DNA of 62,436 bases from a bacterium (GCA_021846045.1 JAJZCM010000005.1:1-62436); one strand, 5' to 3'; positions 9,908 through 19,716 are shown, counted from the first letter of the stretch. Notes: generated from the sequence alone by a model not told the origin. A program made the numbers and translations.

Positions 9908-12043
9908 TTACCGGCGCGTCTTAGGAGCCTCGCCCGAAAGAAGCCGCCGCGCCGCGCCATTGTCTCCCAAAACCATTCCGCCGGAGGTGTCGGCCTGAAA
10001 CAGATAGACAATCGACTTGCGTTTGGAGGAATTTCCGAATGTGACGCGATAGCGAACTAGGTAAACCCCCTGGGATACCTTGCCGGCGCTCCATTCTTCT
10101 TTAACATCCGCGCCCGCGCCAAATTCATAATCAAGCCACCTTCGGACATCGACTTTAGACCTGTCCAGAGCCCTTTCCAGCAAGGGATATTGTTTGACCA
10201 ATTCAATGGCCTTCTTGGATGGATTCGGCGTTGCTTCTGATTGCTGTTCCTCCGAACCCTGGGCCAGCGGGGAACTCGGAGAAGGAGAAGAAGCCTCGGT
10301 TGAGTTTGGAGTCGGATTTTTCTGTTCCGAAGAAATCGGAGCCGGGCTTTCGGTTTGCGCGGAAGGCGCGGGAGAAGCCGCCGTTTGTGCGGGCGGCATG
10401 GAAAGACTTTGTTCCGGTTGCGAGCCCGGAATAGGCGCGGGAGAAGACTGATCCAGCCCCAAGGGTTTTTGGGTTGATCCAGGGTTAAGCATATTGCTGA
10501 TATCCCTTGGGTTTCTAAAAAAGAGAAAAAATGAAACCGCCGCTAAGACCACCACCCCAAGACCCAAAACCGGAAGAAGCTTCGATCGCGATTTTTTCGC
10601 AGATTTTTTCGTCTGATTTTTATCCGGAACCGCAGATTCCGGTTTGGCAAAACGGTCCAACAATTCCTGCGAATCGGGAGGAGTTTGAAAAGGAGCCGGG
10701 GCTCCTTCCACTGGCGGTGAGAAAGCGCCAAAACCTTCCGGCGCGGCTCCTGGAAAAACGGAAGGAGAATTCGGCTCGTTAAAAATCGGAGTGATCAACG
10801 GCTCCGAGGCGCTGCCCTGCGCCGTTTGAATGGAATTTTCAATCGCGATTTGTGGTCCTGCCTCCGAAAAAATATTTTGTGGGGAAAACTGCCCTGGCGC
10901 AGAAGAGGCCGCATCAACAGGAGATGAAAACTGGATCAAGCTCTCCGGCGCTCCGGGCGCGAGAACATTTCCACCCGCAGGAACGCCTTCAGGATTTTGA
11001 TTGCTCGCGGGAAACACAAATGAGTTTGCTTCTCCAGCGGGAGAGGCTTGAACCGGATTTTCAAACTCGACAGGCGCGGAGGAAATCTGGATTTGAGCGG
11101 GCTCTGCATTCGAAGAAGGCGTCAATGGGGATTCAAGCTCCACGGGCTTGCTCTCAATAATTTCAACCGGAGACTCCGACGCAGATTGAATCGGAATTAT
11201 TTGAGCATCTTGAGATTCCTGATCGGGAGCGCGCAAGATGAGGTTTTGATTTTCTTGAACCGGCTCATCAACAGCTTCAAGAGAATCCCCCATTTGAATC
11301 TGCAATCCTCCCGCGCTTGACTCATCTAAGGAATCCCAAGATTCTCCCATTTGAAAGCGCAGTTCCTCAGGGTTTCCATCTTGACGAACCTCTTCATGCT
11401 CAACAAGAACCGGCGCAGCGAGAGTTTCCTCAGGCTTGATGCTGATTGGAGAAACGGGTTTTAAATCCAACTTAACGGGCGCCGGAGGGGAAACTGGCGG
11501 GAGCGGTATTTGAGGAGACGGCAGCGGCGGAGCGGACGGCGGAGGCGGAACTGAACTCAAAGGAGAGTTCTTAAAAGACTCAAACCTTTCTTCAAACGCA
11601 TTCAAATAACGCTTAAGAATCTGCTCAAAATCATGCGCGTTTACTTCCTCACGCAACTCTAAAGAAGCCGGAGGAGCCGGAAGGTCGGGACGCTGGGGCG
11701 CCATTTGAAAAAGCGAAGTCTCCGACCAATCAAACGAAACGTCTTCCAGCGTTTTCTCGAATTGTGGAAAAGCATTCTTGCTTTTTTCAATATCCTTATT
11801 AAAGAATGGAGCGGCCCATTTTAGTTCTTCAAACTCCTCGTCTAAAACCTGCCCTTCATTGACAAGGAAATCGCCAGAAAAAGATTCCTGCCCGAACAAA
11901 TCCATCACCGAATGCCATCGCCCATCGGGAACGCCCGCTTCCTCCTCGCAAATGAGAGTATCGGGGTCTCCACTCAAGGCCTGGACATCATCCAATTTAT
12001 AAGGCCCGGAAATTCTATTGTCTCTGTAGAGATAATAAGGCAT
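9908..12043 (-). CDS. Bitopic membrane protein: GYF_2-like N-terminus, long Pro/acidic linker, TM, exported domain
   Basis: YYLYRDNRISGPYKLDDVQAL resembles GYF_2/DUF4339; P/S/E-rich middle; TM LLPVLGLGVVVLAAVSFFLFF. Confidence 0.7.
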   Translation of the reverse strand: MPYYLYRDNRISGPYKLDDVQALSGDPDTLICEEEAGVPDGRWHSVMDLFGQESFSGDFLVNEGQVLDEEFEELKWAAPFFNKDIEKSKNAFPQFEKTLEDVSFDWSETSLFQMAPQRPDLPAPPASLELREEVNAHDFEQILKRYLNAFEERFESFKNSPLSSVPPPPSAPPLPSPQIPLPPVSPPAPVKLDLKPVSPISIKPEETLAAPVLVEHEEVRQDGNPEELRFQMGESWDSLDESSAGGLQIQMGDSLEAVDEPVQENQNLILRAPDQESQDAQIIPIQSASESPVEIIESKPVELESPLTPSSNAEPAQIQISSAPVEFENPVQASPAGEANSFVFPASNQNPEGVPAGGNVLAPGAPESLIQFSSPVDAASSAPGQFSPQNIFSEAGPQIAIENSIQTAQGSASEPLITPIFNEPNSPSVFPGAAPEGFGAFSPPVEGAPAPFQTPPDSQELLDRFAKPESAVPDKNQTKKSAKKSRSKLLPVLGLGVVVLAAVSFFLFFRNPRDISNMLNPGSTQKPLGLDQSSPAPIPGSQPEQSLSMPPAQTAASPAPSAQTESPAPISSEQKNPTPNSTEASSPSPSSPLAQGSEEQQSEATPNPSKKAIELVKQYPLLERALDRSKVDVRRWLDYEFGAGADVKEEWSAGKVSQGVYLVRYRVTFGNSSKRKSIVYLFQADTSGGMVLGDNGAARRLLSGEAPKTRR

Positions 12044-12110
12044 AGAAAATTAAGATCTCGTTGACCGTCGCAGAAAAGTGTAGATGAAACTTGTTAAGAA
12101 TTCAATACGT

Positions 12111-12152
12111 AATAAAGCCCCCCTTCTCCCGCAGGAGAAGGGGGGCTTTATT
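12111..12152. terminator. Intrinsic terminator downstream of dksA
   Basis: AATAAAGCCCCCCTTCTCC-cgca-GGAGAAGGGGGGCTTTATT perfect inverted repeat. Confidence 0.85.
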
Positions 12153-12167
12153 TGGCGGAATTACGCG

Positions 12168-12635
12168 TTACGCGGCGCCGAAGTCTGAATCCTTATCATC
12201 GCCGCCTACAGCCACATCGGCCAATTCTTCTGCCGAATCCTCAAAGGAGGCGTTTTCAGAAGCGCTTTGACAAGAAATGCAATATCGGGCGAAGGGAAGC
12301 GCCTTGAGCCGAGGTTTGGGAATCGGATTGTGGCAAGATTCACAAAGCCCGTAAATCCCTTTCTCAATTTTTCTAATCGCGGCCTCGATTTGATCCAAAG
12401 TGACGCGTTCGTTATCCGACAACTCGAAAATGAGTTCTTTCTCAGTTGAAAGATTCGCCTGGTCCATTGAATCACCCATCTCCGAATCATCCGGCAATGA
12501 TTTTCTGGACACGGTTTTTAAAAGATCCTCTTTCATGGCCAGAAGCTCTTTATGAATCGCCGAAAAGTTCCCAGACACGGGGGATTTCATGGGCGCTTTT
12601 TTCGAAACTGTTTTTTTCTTGACTGCGGTTTTCAT
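12168..12635 (-). CDS. dksA: DksA/TraR C4 zinc-finger transcription factor
   Basis: GDSMDQA (DxxDxA) tip, YGLCESC...RLKALPFARYCISC; AAGGAG RBS. Confidence 0.88.
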   Translation of the reverse strand: MKTAVKKKTVSKKAPMKSPVSGNFSAIHKELLAMKEDLLKTVSRKSLPDDSEMGDSMDQANLSTEKELIFELSDNERVTLDQIEAAIRKIEKGIYGLCESCHNPIPKPRLKALPFARYCISCQSASENASFEDSAEELADVAVGGDDKDSDFGAA

Positions 12636-12660
12636 AATCTCACTCCTTAATTTTCCTCTT

Positions 12661-12689
12661 AGACTAATCTAATACGCTTAAAAACGCAA
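12661..12689 (-). promoter_or_regulatory. Putative sigma70 promoter of dksA
   Basis: Minus strand TTGCGT-N17-TAGTCT. Confidence 0.45.
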
Positions 12690-12766
12690 AAAGTTCATCC
12701 GAACAGACTAGCATATTTCATGCGCCTAAATTTTACCTGCGGCCAGAGACCGGCAAGATTCCTTAA

Positions 12767-13034
12767 GGCGTTGTCAAGAAATAATATGAGCGATTTGGAA
12801 GCGCAAGCCTGCGCCGAATTCGAGACGCGAGGAGCAAGCATAGCTTGAGCTATGTGCGCGACGAGCAACGAAGAAGTCGGCCAGGATCGCGCTTCCCCTT
12901 CGGGGCCAGGCGATTTTGGGCTGCGACTTCGTCTCTCCTCGCTTACATACCGCAGAGGGTATGCTCGCTCGTCGTTTCTCGTCTCGCTCCAATCTTGCCT
13001 AGCCAAATCGCTCATATTATTCCTTGACAACGCC
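12767..13034. mobile_element. MITE-like element, copy 1 (268 bp)
   Basis: 32-bp TIR GGCGTTGTCAAG(A/G)AATAATATGAGCGATTTGG, flanking TAA at 12764-12766 and 13035-13037; interior homologous to 37713-37998. Confidence 0.85.
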
Positions 13035-14463
13035 TAAGCCTTTTAACGGCCTCCTCTCGCCCCATGACCTCGATCATTAAAAACAAGGTCGGACCGTCGG
13101 TTCGGCCCGAAACGGCCGCGCGAAGCGGATGGAAAACTTGCCCCGCCTTAAAGCCCTTTTCCTGGGCGTATTGGCGAACGGCGGCCTCGATTTCTTTTTC
13201 CTTAAAGGCAGGCAGATCCTGAAGACGAACAGACAAATCCTCAAGAATACGCAAGACATCAGGGCCGGAAAGGGATTTTTCCCGCGCTTGAGGCGTCATT
13301 TCAAGCGGCTTATAGAAAAAATCAACCAAACTCGGAATCTCGGTCAATTTCTTGTATTTTTGATGTTCCAAGGAAATCGCAGACTCAAGGGAAGGAGAAC
13401 CGGGAGCCGGCTTGATTCCGGCCCGGTCCAGAAAAGGCTGGGCGGCTAGAACGAGATCGGAAACCGGCATTTTTCGGATATATTCCCCGTTCATCCAGGT
13501 CAATTTGACGTTATCAAAGGTCGCGGGATTTTTCTGGCAGCCTTCAATGTCAAAGCTTGAGATGAGTTCATCATAGGAGAACAAGTCCTGGGAATTTTTA
13601 GTCGCCCATCCCAAAAGTGCAAGATAGTTTCTCAAGGCTCCGGGAATAAAGCCCTCATTTTTGTATTCCAGAACCGAAGTCGCCCCGTGGCGCTTTGAAA
13701 GTTTAGCTCCATCCGGCCCCAAGATCATTGATAAGTGGGCAAAAACCGGAGGAGCCCATCCCAAGGCTTCATAAAGCCTCAACTGGGATGGAGTGTTGGA
13801 CAAATGCTCGTCTCCTCGAATCACGTGGCTGATCTCCATTAGATGGTCGTCAATCACGCAGGCAAAATTGTACGTTGGAACCCCGCTGGTCTTGATAATG
13901 ACGAAATCTTGAAGGAGATTGTTCTCAAAAGAAACCTTGCCTCGAATCAAATCATCCACCACCGTTGTTCCGGAATCCGGCATCTTAAAGCGTATTGAGT
14001 ATTTCTTTCCGGCTGAATCGTATCCTTTCTTCTCCTGGTCGGTCAGGTTTCGGCATCTCCTATCGTAGCGGGGCGGGCGTTTTTCCAAAGCGGCCAAGCG
14101 GCGCATCTCGTCTAAATCTTCCTTTGAACAATAGCAACGGTAAGCCTTTCCGTCCCGCATCAATTGATCTAGGAATTTCTTGTAGATATCCAAGCGCTGC
14201 ATCTGGAAATACGGCTTATACGGCCCTTCGCTCAGTAGACTGTCCTTGGGGCCCTCGTCCCAATTGAGCCCCAGCCAGTGAAGGGAATCTAAAATGGCTT
14301 GAACTGAGTCCTCGGTGGACCTCACCTCATCGGTGTCTTCGATTCTAAGGACAAAAGAACCTTTATGTTTTCTCGCAAAAAGCCAGTTAAAAAGAGCCGT
14401 ACGCGCGCCGCCAATATGAAGAAATCCCGTCGGAGACGGAGCAAAACGAGTTCTGATTTTCAT
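13012..14463 (-). CDS. gltX: Glutamate--tRNA ligase
   Basis: TRFAPSPTGFLHIGG, RIEDTD, HVIRGDEH, KLSKR; last codons lie inside the MITE. Confidence 0.97.
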   Translation of the reverse strand: MKIRTRFAPSPTGFLHIGGARTALFNWLFARKHKGSFVLRIEDTDEVRSTEDSVQAILDSLHWLGLNWDEGPKDSLLSEGPYKPYFQMQRLDIYKKFLDQLMRDGKAYRCYCSKEDLDEMRRLAALEKRPPRYDRRCRNLTDQEKKGYDSAGKKYSIRFKMPDSGTTVVDDLIRGKVSFENNLLQDFVIIKTSGVPTYNFACVIDDHLMEISHVIRGDEHLSNTPSQLRLYEALGWAPPVFAHLSMILGPDGAKLSKRHGATSVLEYKNEGFIPGALRNYLALLGWATKNSQDLFSYDELISSFDIEGCQKNPATFDNVKLTWMNGEYIRKMPVSDLVLAAQPFLDRAGIKPAPGSPSLESAISLEHQKYKKLTEIPSLVDFFYKPLEMTPQAREKSLSGPDVLRILEDLSVRLQDLPAFKEKEIEAAVRQYAQEKGFKAGQVFHPLRAAVSGRTDGPTLFLMIEVMGREEAVKRLRRCQGII

Positions 14464-14472
14464 TATTTTCTC

Positions 14473-14617
14473 CCTGCGTTCTTTGTTCGCGAAGCGAAAG
14501 CGTGCCGGGGCATCTCTTGGAAAGACGTTATGCCTCGGTCTGCGTTCCTTGTTCGCGAAGCGAAAGCGTGCCGAAGCATCTTAAGGAAAGACGTTATGCT
14601 TTGGCCTGCGTTCTTTT
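14473..14617. repeat. 66-bp tandem repeat, about 2.2 units, between recN and gltX
   Basis: CTGCGTTC recurs at 14474, 14540, 14606; each unit carries TTCGCGAA and a stem-loop. Confidence 0.9.
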
Positions 14618-16326
14618 TCCACTTCTAAAAGCTCCCGTGCATGCTGGCGACTCGCATTCGTAGGGCTTCCCCCTAACATCACCGCGAGAACCTCAAGCCG
14701 GTCCCCCCCGGACAATCGCTTCACCTGAGTTTTTACTGTTTCCGAATCCATTTCCTTCAAAACGTGAAATTGAGTTTGAGCCAAACTCGCAATTTGAGGC
14801 AAATGAGTCACGCATAAAATTTGCCGGCCCTTGGCTAAGTTAAGCAGCTTGTCTCCAAGAAGGCGGGCCGCGGCCCCGCCCACGCCCGCATCCACTTCAT
14901 CGAAAATTAAAATTGGAGTCTTGTCCGCCTGGGCTAAAACCGTCTTAAGGCCCAGCATCACGCGGGACAATTCTCCGCCGGAGGCGGTTTCCCTTAAAGG
15001 CCTAAGCGGCGCGCCGGGGTTTGCGGAAAACATAAATTCTATTGCGTCTCCGCCGAAGGAATGGTACTGCCCATCTTCCATCTCAATTGAGATTTTGAGC
15101 TCCGCATGCAAAAGGCCCAAGCCTTTAAATTCAAGAGCCAAGGCTTTCTCGAGTTTTTTAGCCCCTTGGGTTCTCCGAATATGAAGCTTCTCGCACAAAC
15201 TTTTCAGCTGGGACTCCGCTTCATCTTCCTGCCGCTTAAGTTCTTCGAGTCCTTCAGCCCTGTTTTCAAGACGAAACACTTCCTCAGACAAAACATTTTT
15301 CTCGTTTAAAAGTCCCGTGAAATCCTTTCCATACTTTTTCTTCAACCGCGCGATTTGGTCTAATCGTTCAAGCATTGAATCGAGCTTCGCCGGATCGAGG
15401 CTCAAGCGGGATTGATAGTCCGACAAAGTTTCGGAGATATCCGAGAGGACTCCTCTCGCCTCCGACAAAGGAGTTTTCAGGCGTTCAAGGGAAGGGTCCA
15501 TCTTGGTTAATTCCGCGATTTGGCGATCCAGCTCTTGAATCTGAGCCAAGCAAGACGATTCCCTTGCATACAAAATTCCATAGGCCTCGGCAGCTGCGGA
15601 TTTAAGACGCTCCGCGTTTCTCAAAGGAGGGAGTTCCGCCTCTAATTTTTCTTCTTCGCCTTCTTTTAAGTTGGCCGCTTCGAGCTCGGCAAGGCGAAAA
15701 CGGAGGTAATCCAGTTTCTCACTTCTTTCCGTCTCCGATAAGTTTAAAGATTCGATTTTTTGCTTAAGCAAGGACCAACGCTCAAAAGCGGCTTTCACTT
15801 CACCAAGAAGTTCGTCTTGTTCTGAAAAAGAATCTAAGAATTCTCGTTGAAAAGCCGGCTTCATCAGCTTCTGATGCTGGTTTTGTCCGTGAAAGTCGAT
15901 GAGCGAATCCGCCAGTTGAGACAACATCGCGGCTGAAACGGGTTCATTGTCAATAAAGGCTCGACTTTTTCCGCCCTCATCAATCTCGCGGCGAATAGAA
16001 ATCGTCGCACCCGCGTCGCTGACCCCTTCCCCAAAGCGCGACGTGGACGCTCGGCCTTCGGCCTTGACCGCGTCCGGCTTGGCTGTTTTTCTGGGGAGGG
16101 AATTTGCCCAATCTCCGGAATCAAAAACAGCGTCGATTTGAAGGGTCTTTGCGCCCGAGCGAATCCAAGCGGAACTTCCCCGTCCGCCCATTAGAAATCC
16201 CAAGGCTTCCATCAAGATGGATTTCCCGGCTCCGGTTTCTCCCGTCAAGGCGTTAAAACCCGCAGAAAAATTAAGTTCGGCTTCCTCGATGACGGCGAAG
16301 TTTTTAACGCGAAGGGTTCTCAGCAT
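14581..16326 (-). CDS. recN: DNA repair protein RecN
   Basis: TGETGAGKS, FHGQNQH, coiled coil, ASGGELSR, IFDEVD, CVTHLPQ. Confidence 0.96.
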   Translation of the reverse strand: MLRTLRVKNFAVIEEAELNFSAGFNALTGETGAGKSILMEALGFLMGGRGSSAWIRSGAKTLQIDAVFDSGDWANSLPRKTAKPDAVKAEGRASTSRFGEGVSDAGATISIRREIDEGGKSRAFIDNEPVSAAMLSQLADSLIDFHGQNQHQKLMKPAFQREFLDSFSEQDELLGEVKAAFERWSLLKQKIESLNLSETERSEKLDYLRFRLAELEAANLKEGEEEKLEAELPPLRNAERLKSAAAEAYGILYARESSCLAQIQELDRQIAELTKMDPSLERLKTPLSEARGVLSDISETLSDYQSRLSLDPAKLDSMLERLDQIARLKKKYGKDFTGLLNEKNVLSEEVFRLENRAEGLEELKRQEDEAESQLKSLCEKLHIRRTQGAKKLEKALALEFKGLGLLHAELKISIEMEDGQYHSFGGDAIEFMFSANPGAPLRPLRETASGGELSRVMLGLKTVLAQADKTPILIFDEVDAGVGGAAARLLGDKLLNLAKGRQILCVTHLPQIASLAQTQFHVLKEMDSETVKTQVKRLSGGDRLEVLAVMLGGSPTNASRQHARELLEVEKERRPKHNVFP

Positions 16327-17174
16327 TACCTTTCACCCCAATGGATTTTTCGTCTGAGGGTCTCATAATACGAAGATTCAGGGCTCAAGAGAATTTTAAG
16401 CGGCTTTTTAAAACGCCGAATATGAACTTCATCGCCGGCGTCCATCGGACGGGAAATCTGTCCATCCACGGAGAGAAAGACCTGGGGAATATCATTGGAG
16501 CGGCGTTTGCGCAAAATGACGGAAACTCGTTCCGAGGCCGGAACAATCAGGGGTCGATGCGTCATCGCGTGGGAACAGATGGGCAAAGACAATAAGACCT
16601 GCAAAGACGGCTCAATTAGGGGGCCCGAAGCCGCCAGAGCATAGGCGCTTGACCCCGTTGGAGTCGAAACGATGAGGCCGTCTCCCAAATAATCTGCGAT
16701 TTTTAGGCCTTCTGATTTCATCTCCAAAAGAACCGCGCGCGCCTGGTCCCCGCAGCGAATCACGCAGTCGTTAAGCGCCAAGGTCGGGCCGAAAATTCTC
16801 CGATTTCCTCTCCACAATTCAGCCTCAATCATCAAGCGCTGTTCTTGCCGGAAACCTCCTGAAAGAATCTTCGCCGCGTAGCGAGGAAATTCGGCAGCTT
16901 CAAGGCCGGCTAAAAAGCCAAGCCCGCCAGAATTGACGCCAATGATCGGAATTCCATAAGGAGCGATGTTACGGGCCGCTTTTAGCATCGTTCCATCTCC
17001 GCCGACCGCAATCGCCAAATCCGAACGGCCAAGCCGGGTTGAGAAATCCGCGTCCCCTTCCGCATTGATGGAGACGCGATGCGCGCGCAAAACGCCGGCG
17101 ACTTTCTTAAAATTCCGAGCCGCCTCGGGTTTGTCGGCGTTAAAAAAAAGGGAGACAGATTTAAAATGTCGCAT
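16326..17174 (-). CDS. nadK: NAD kinase
   Basis: GGDGT, GLGFL, ALND, DGLIVSTPTGSSAYALAASGP. Confidence 0.95.
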   Translation of the reverse strand: MRHFKSVSLFFNADKPEAARNFKKVAGVLRAHRVSINAEGDADFSTRLGRSDLAIAVGGDGTMLKAARNIAPYGIPIIGVNSGGLGFLAGLEAAEFPRYAAKILSGGFRQEQRLMIEAELWRGNRRIFGPTLALNDCVIRCGDQARAVLLEMKSEGLKIADYLGDGLIVSTPTGSSAYALAASGPLIEPSLQVLLSLPICSHAMTHRPLIVPASERVSVILRKRRSNDIPQVFLSVDGQISRPMDAGDEVHIRRFKKPLKILLSPESSYYETLRRKIHWGER

Positions 17175-18972
17175 CGATTTTAATCCCGTGGTTATTAATG
17201 ACCGCCCTAACGGCTCGGCGGCGCAGCGAATTGATTATATCAAACTTTCTCATCCCATCTTGAACCGCCGGAGGCTCGAAATAAAAGCGATAAGCGCCCT
17301 GGAAAATTTTAAAATTCGCGCTCTCACGTTTAATAGAAAGAATTTTCAGATGAGAAGCGAGCTTTTGGGCGGCAAGAAAAGACGAACCCGGCAATAAAAA
17401 CAAAGTCCCAATTCTCGCGATCCCTTCCGAGCGAAGAATTCTAAGGATCGATTCGGCGGATGGGGACGCCAGAACCAGGGACGTTCCCTCTTCTTTTCCG
17501 CAAATTAAGGCCGCTTGACCGCGCTCAAGGCTGAAGTATGTGATCTCCATCTGCGGCTGAAAAACCATATCCCATGCGAAATGAGATACCAAGACCAACA
17601 AGGCCCCGGCCGCGAAATAAGCCGCGATTTTCCACCTTGGACAAAAGAAAAGGGAAAACAGCGCCAGATAATATGCGATCAATGAAGACGCGCCCCAATG
17701 GGATAAAAAAATAGAAGCCATCGGCAGCCCCGAGAAAAAACGGCAGACGACGCAAAAAAACGACAATCCACCATTTAATGCCCAAGTGAGTCCCCAGGAT
17801 AAAGAATTCGTATGAACTAAGACGCTCAGCCATAAAGCAAGTCCGCTAAACATGAAAATTCCCGCCAAGGGAAACAGAATCAAATTGGCCAAAGCGCCCA
17901 AAAAAGGCGCCCGTCCGAACCCGATGGCAAAGATCGGCCAAAGAACCCCTTCGACAATCAAAGTCGCGCCCAATATCTGAAGAATTCTTTTCAGCCAAGA
18001 TTTTCCCAACATGGCCGTCCAGCGCTCAAATTGGGGAAATCCAAAGATAAGCCCGAAGGCAGCCGCGTAACTCATCTGAAATCCCATTGAAAACAAGGAC
18101 ATTGGATCCCATAAAAGTTCAACCCAAGCCGAAAGCGTCAAAGCCTGAAAGGGAACCGCGTCTCGTCCGCTCCTTAGCCCCCACTCAAGGAACAAAGCGG
18201 CAAGAAGAGCCCTCAAGTAAGGCGGTTCTCCGCCAACGGCGGCAGCATAGAAGCCCCCAACCAAGGCGGCAATTAATAGGCGCACGAGAGGCCTCAAAGC
18301 CGCGAAACGCCCCAGAAGCCAAATTGCCGCTAAAACCAAGGCGACCTTGGTTCCGGAGGGAACTAAAAGATGCATGACCCCCGCGTCTTGAATTTGCCGG
18401 TTGAGATTCTTGGGCAAGCGTCCCTTAAGGCCCAGGACCATCCCGCTCAAAAGACGCGCATAAACCGAATCAAGACGCGAATAGAAAACTTTCTGGACGG
18501 ATTTTCTAAACGAGGCCGCCAAGGAAAAAAACTCCCAGCGCAAACTCAGCCCTCGCGCCGCGAGGCGGAGCGAATAAGCGTCAAGCTCATAGGAAATTCC
18601 GCGCGTGGAAAAAAAAGAGCGGACATCAAAATCCCCGGGATTTCGCGCGGACATAGGAACCTTTAATTTTCCGGCAACCCAAACGATATCTCCCGGGCTC
18701 ACGTCTAATAGGGGAAAATTTCTGGGAAAACGCGCCAAAACGCGTCCGCGCAAGCGCGAGTTAAGAATTCTCCCTTCGAAAGTCCATCCGCCCCATCCCT
18801 CCTGGCTCGGCGTTTGGACCAAGACCGCAAACCCGGCTCCAAAAGAAAATGGGAAGTTTGCGTTTTGCGCGAAATGAACGCCCAGATACCCAAAACGATA
18901 CGCCGCTGATAAAGCCGCCATGTAAAGGCAAAGTCCGACAAAAGAAGCCCGCCGGAAATAAGAAAGCGGCAT
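17161..18972 (-). CDS. comEC: ComEC/Rec2 competence membrane protein
   Basis: ARNPGDFD, AGVMHLLVPSG, PPYLRA, GFQMSY, ANL; multi-TM. Confidence 0.88.
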   Translation of the reverse strand: MPLSYFRRASFVGLCLYMAALSAAYRFGYLGVHFAQNANFPFSFGAGFAVLVQTPSQEGWGGWTFEGRILNSRLRGRVLARFPRNFPLLDVSPGDIVWVAGKLKVPMSARNPGDFDVRSFFSTRGISYELDAYSLRLAARGLSLRWEFFSLAASFRKSVQKVFYSRLDSVYARLLSGMVLGLKGRLPKNLNRQIQDAGVMHLLVPSGTKVALVLAAIWLLGRFAALRPLVRLLIAALVGGFYAAAVGGEPPYLRALLAALFLEWGLRSGRDAVPFQALTLSAWVELLWDPMSLFSMGFQMSYAAAFGLIFGFPQFERWTAMLGKSWLKRILQILGATLIVEGVLWPIFAIGFGRAPFLGALANLILFPLAGIFMFSGLALWLSVLVHTNSLSWGLTWALNGGLSFFCVVCRFFSGLPMASIFLSHWGASSLIAYYLALFSLFFCPRWKIAAYFAAGALLVLVSHFAWDMVFQPQMEITYFSLERGQAALICGKEEGTSLVLASPSAESILRILRSEGIARIGTLFLLPGSSFLAAQKLASHLKILSIKRESANFKIFQGAYRFYFEPPAVQDGMRKFDIINSLRRRAVRAVINNHGIKIDATF

Positions 18973-18999
18973 ATCCCCCCTACGACATTAAGGCCTTGG

Positions 19000-19716
19000 C
19001 TAAATCTCTCGCGCGAAAGCATAAGCGCAAACATCCGCCGCGCCAGAACGCCTAAGCTCCCTAGCGCAAGCCTCAAGAGAAAAACCCGTCGTACAAACAT
19101 CATCAATTACGACTATCCGCCTTCCCCAAACATCGCCCGGCCGCGCGACCTTAAAAGCCCCGGCTATATTTTGCTCACGGCTTTTTTTGTCCAATTCCCA
19201 CTGCGGACGGGTTTTGCGCGTGCGAATGATCGGATTCAAGACGGGAATGCCGGTTTCTTTCGAGATTGCCCGCGCCAAAATTTCCGCCTGATTATACCCC
19301 CTCTCGTTTTCTCGTCGAAAATGAAGGGGCACGGGAACCAGTATTTCCGGAGCTAAAAGTTCCCTAAAACGCGCCCAATGCCGAACCATCAGGCGCCCCG
19401 CCTCACGCGCCGCGGGAAACCGGCCCCGATATTTAAAGGAGTAGACCCAGGAATGAACCGGGCCGCGGTAAAGAAAGGCGGCACGAATCAACCGGCAGGC
19501 GAATTTTTTATTTCGACAGGACACGCAAAAGCCGCGGCTGAGCTGAGACACGTCCGCGCATCTTAAACAAAACGGCGGCTCCAAAGGAATCAATTCCGCG
19601 CGGCAGGAAAGGCAAAGGGCTCCGCTTTCACCCCCGGGCAAATCTCTCCGACAATGGGCGCAAACCGGCGGCCAGAAAAAATCCAGGAATTTCCGCTTCC
19701 AAAGCCGAGTGTCCAC
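19000..19716 (-). CDS. comF: ComF family protein (double Zn ribbon + PRTase)
   Basis: Four CxxC, VPVPLH...RGYNQ, VVIDDVCTTG. Confidence 0.92.
   Translation of the reverse strand: MDTRLWKRKFLDFFWPPVCAHCRRDLPGGESGALCLSCRAELIPLEPPFCLRCADVSQLSRGFCVSCRNKKFACRLIRAAFLYRGPVHSWVYSFKYRGRFPAAREAGRLMVRHWARFRELLAPEILVPVPLHFRRENERGYNQAEILARAISKETGIPVLNPIIRTRKTRPQWELDKKSREQNIAGAFKVARPGDVWGRRIVVIDDVCTTGFSLEACARELRRSGAADVCAYAFAREI

Noticed and set aside
12695-13037. Small ORFs across MITE copy 1
   Set aside because: Open frames of the repeat on both strands; similar peptides recur in copy 2
14473-14617. CRISPR array or T-box leader
   Set aside because: Units are contiguous with no unique spacers, no cas genes are present, and no T-box consensus is seen
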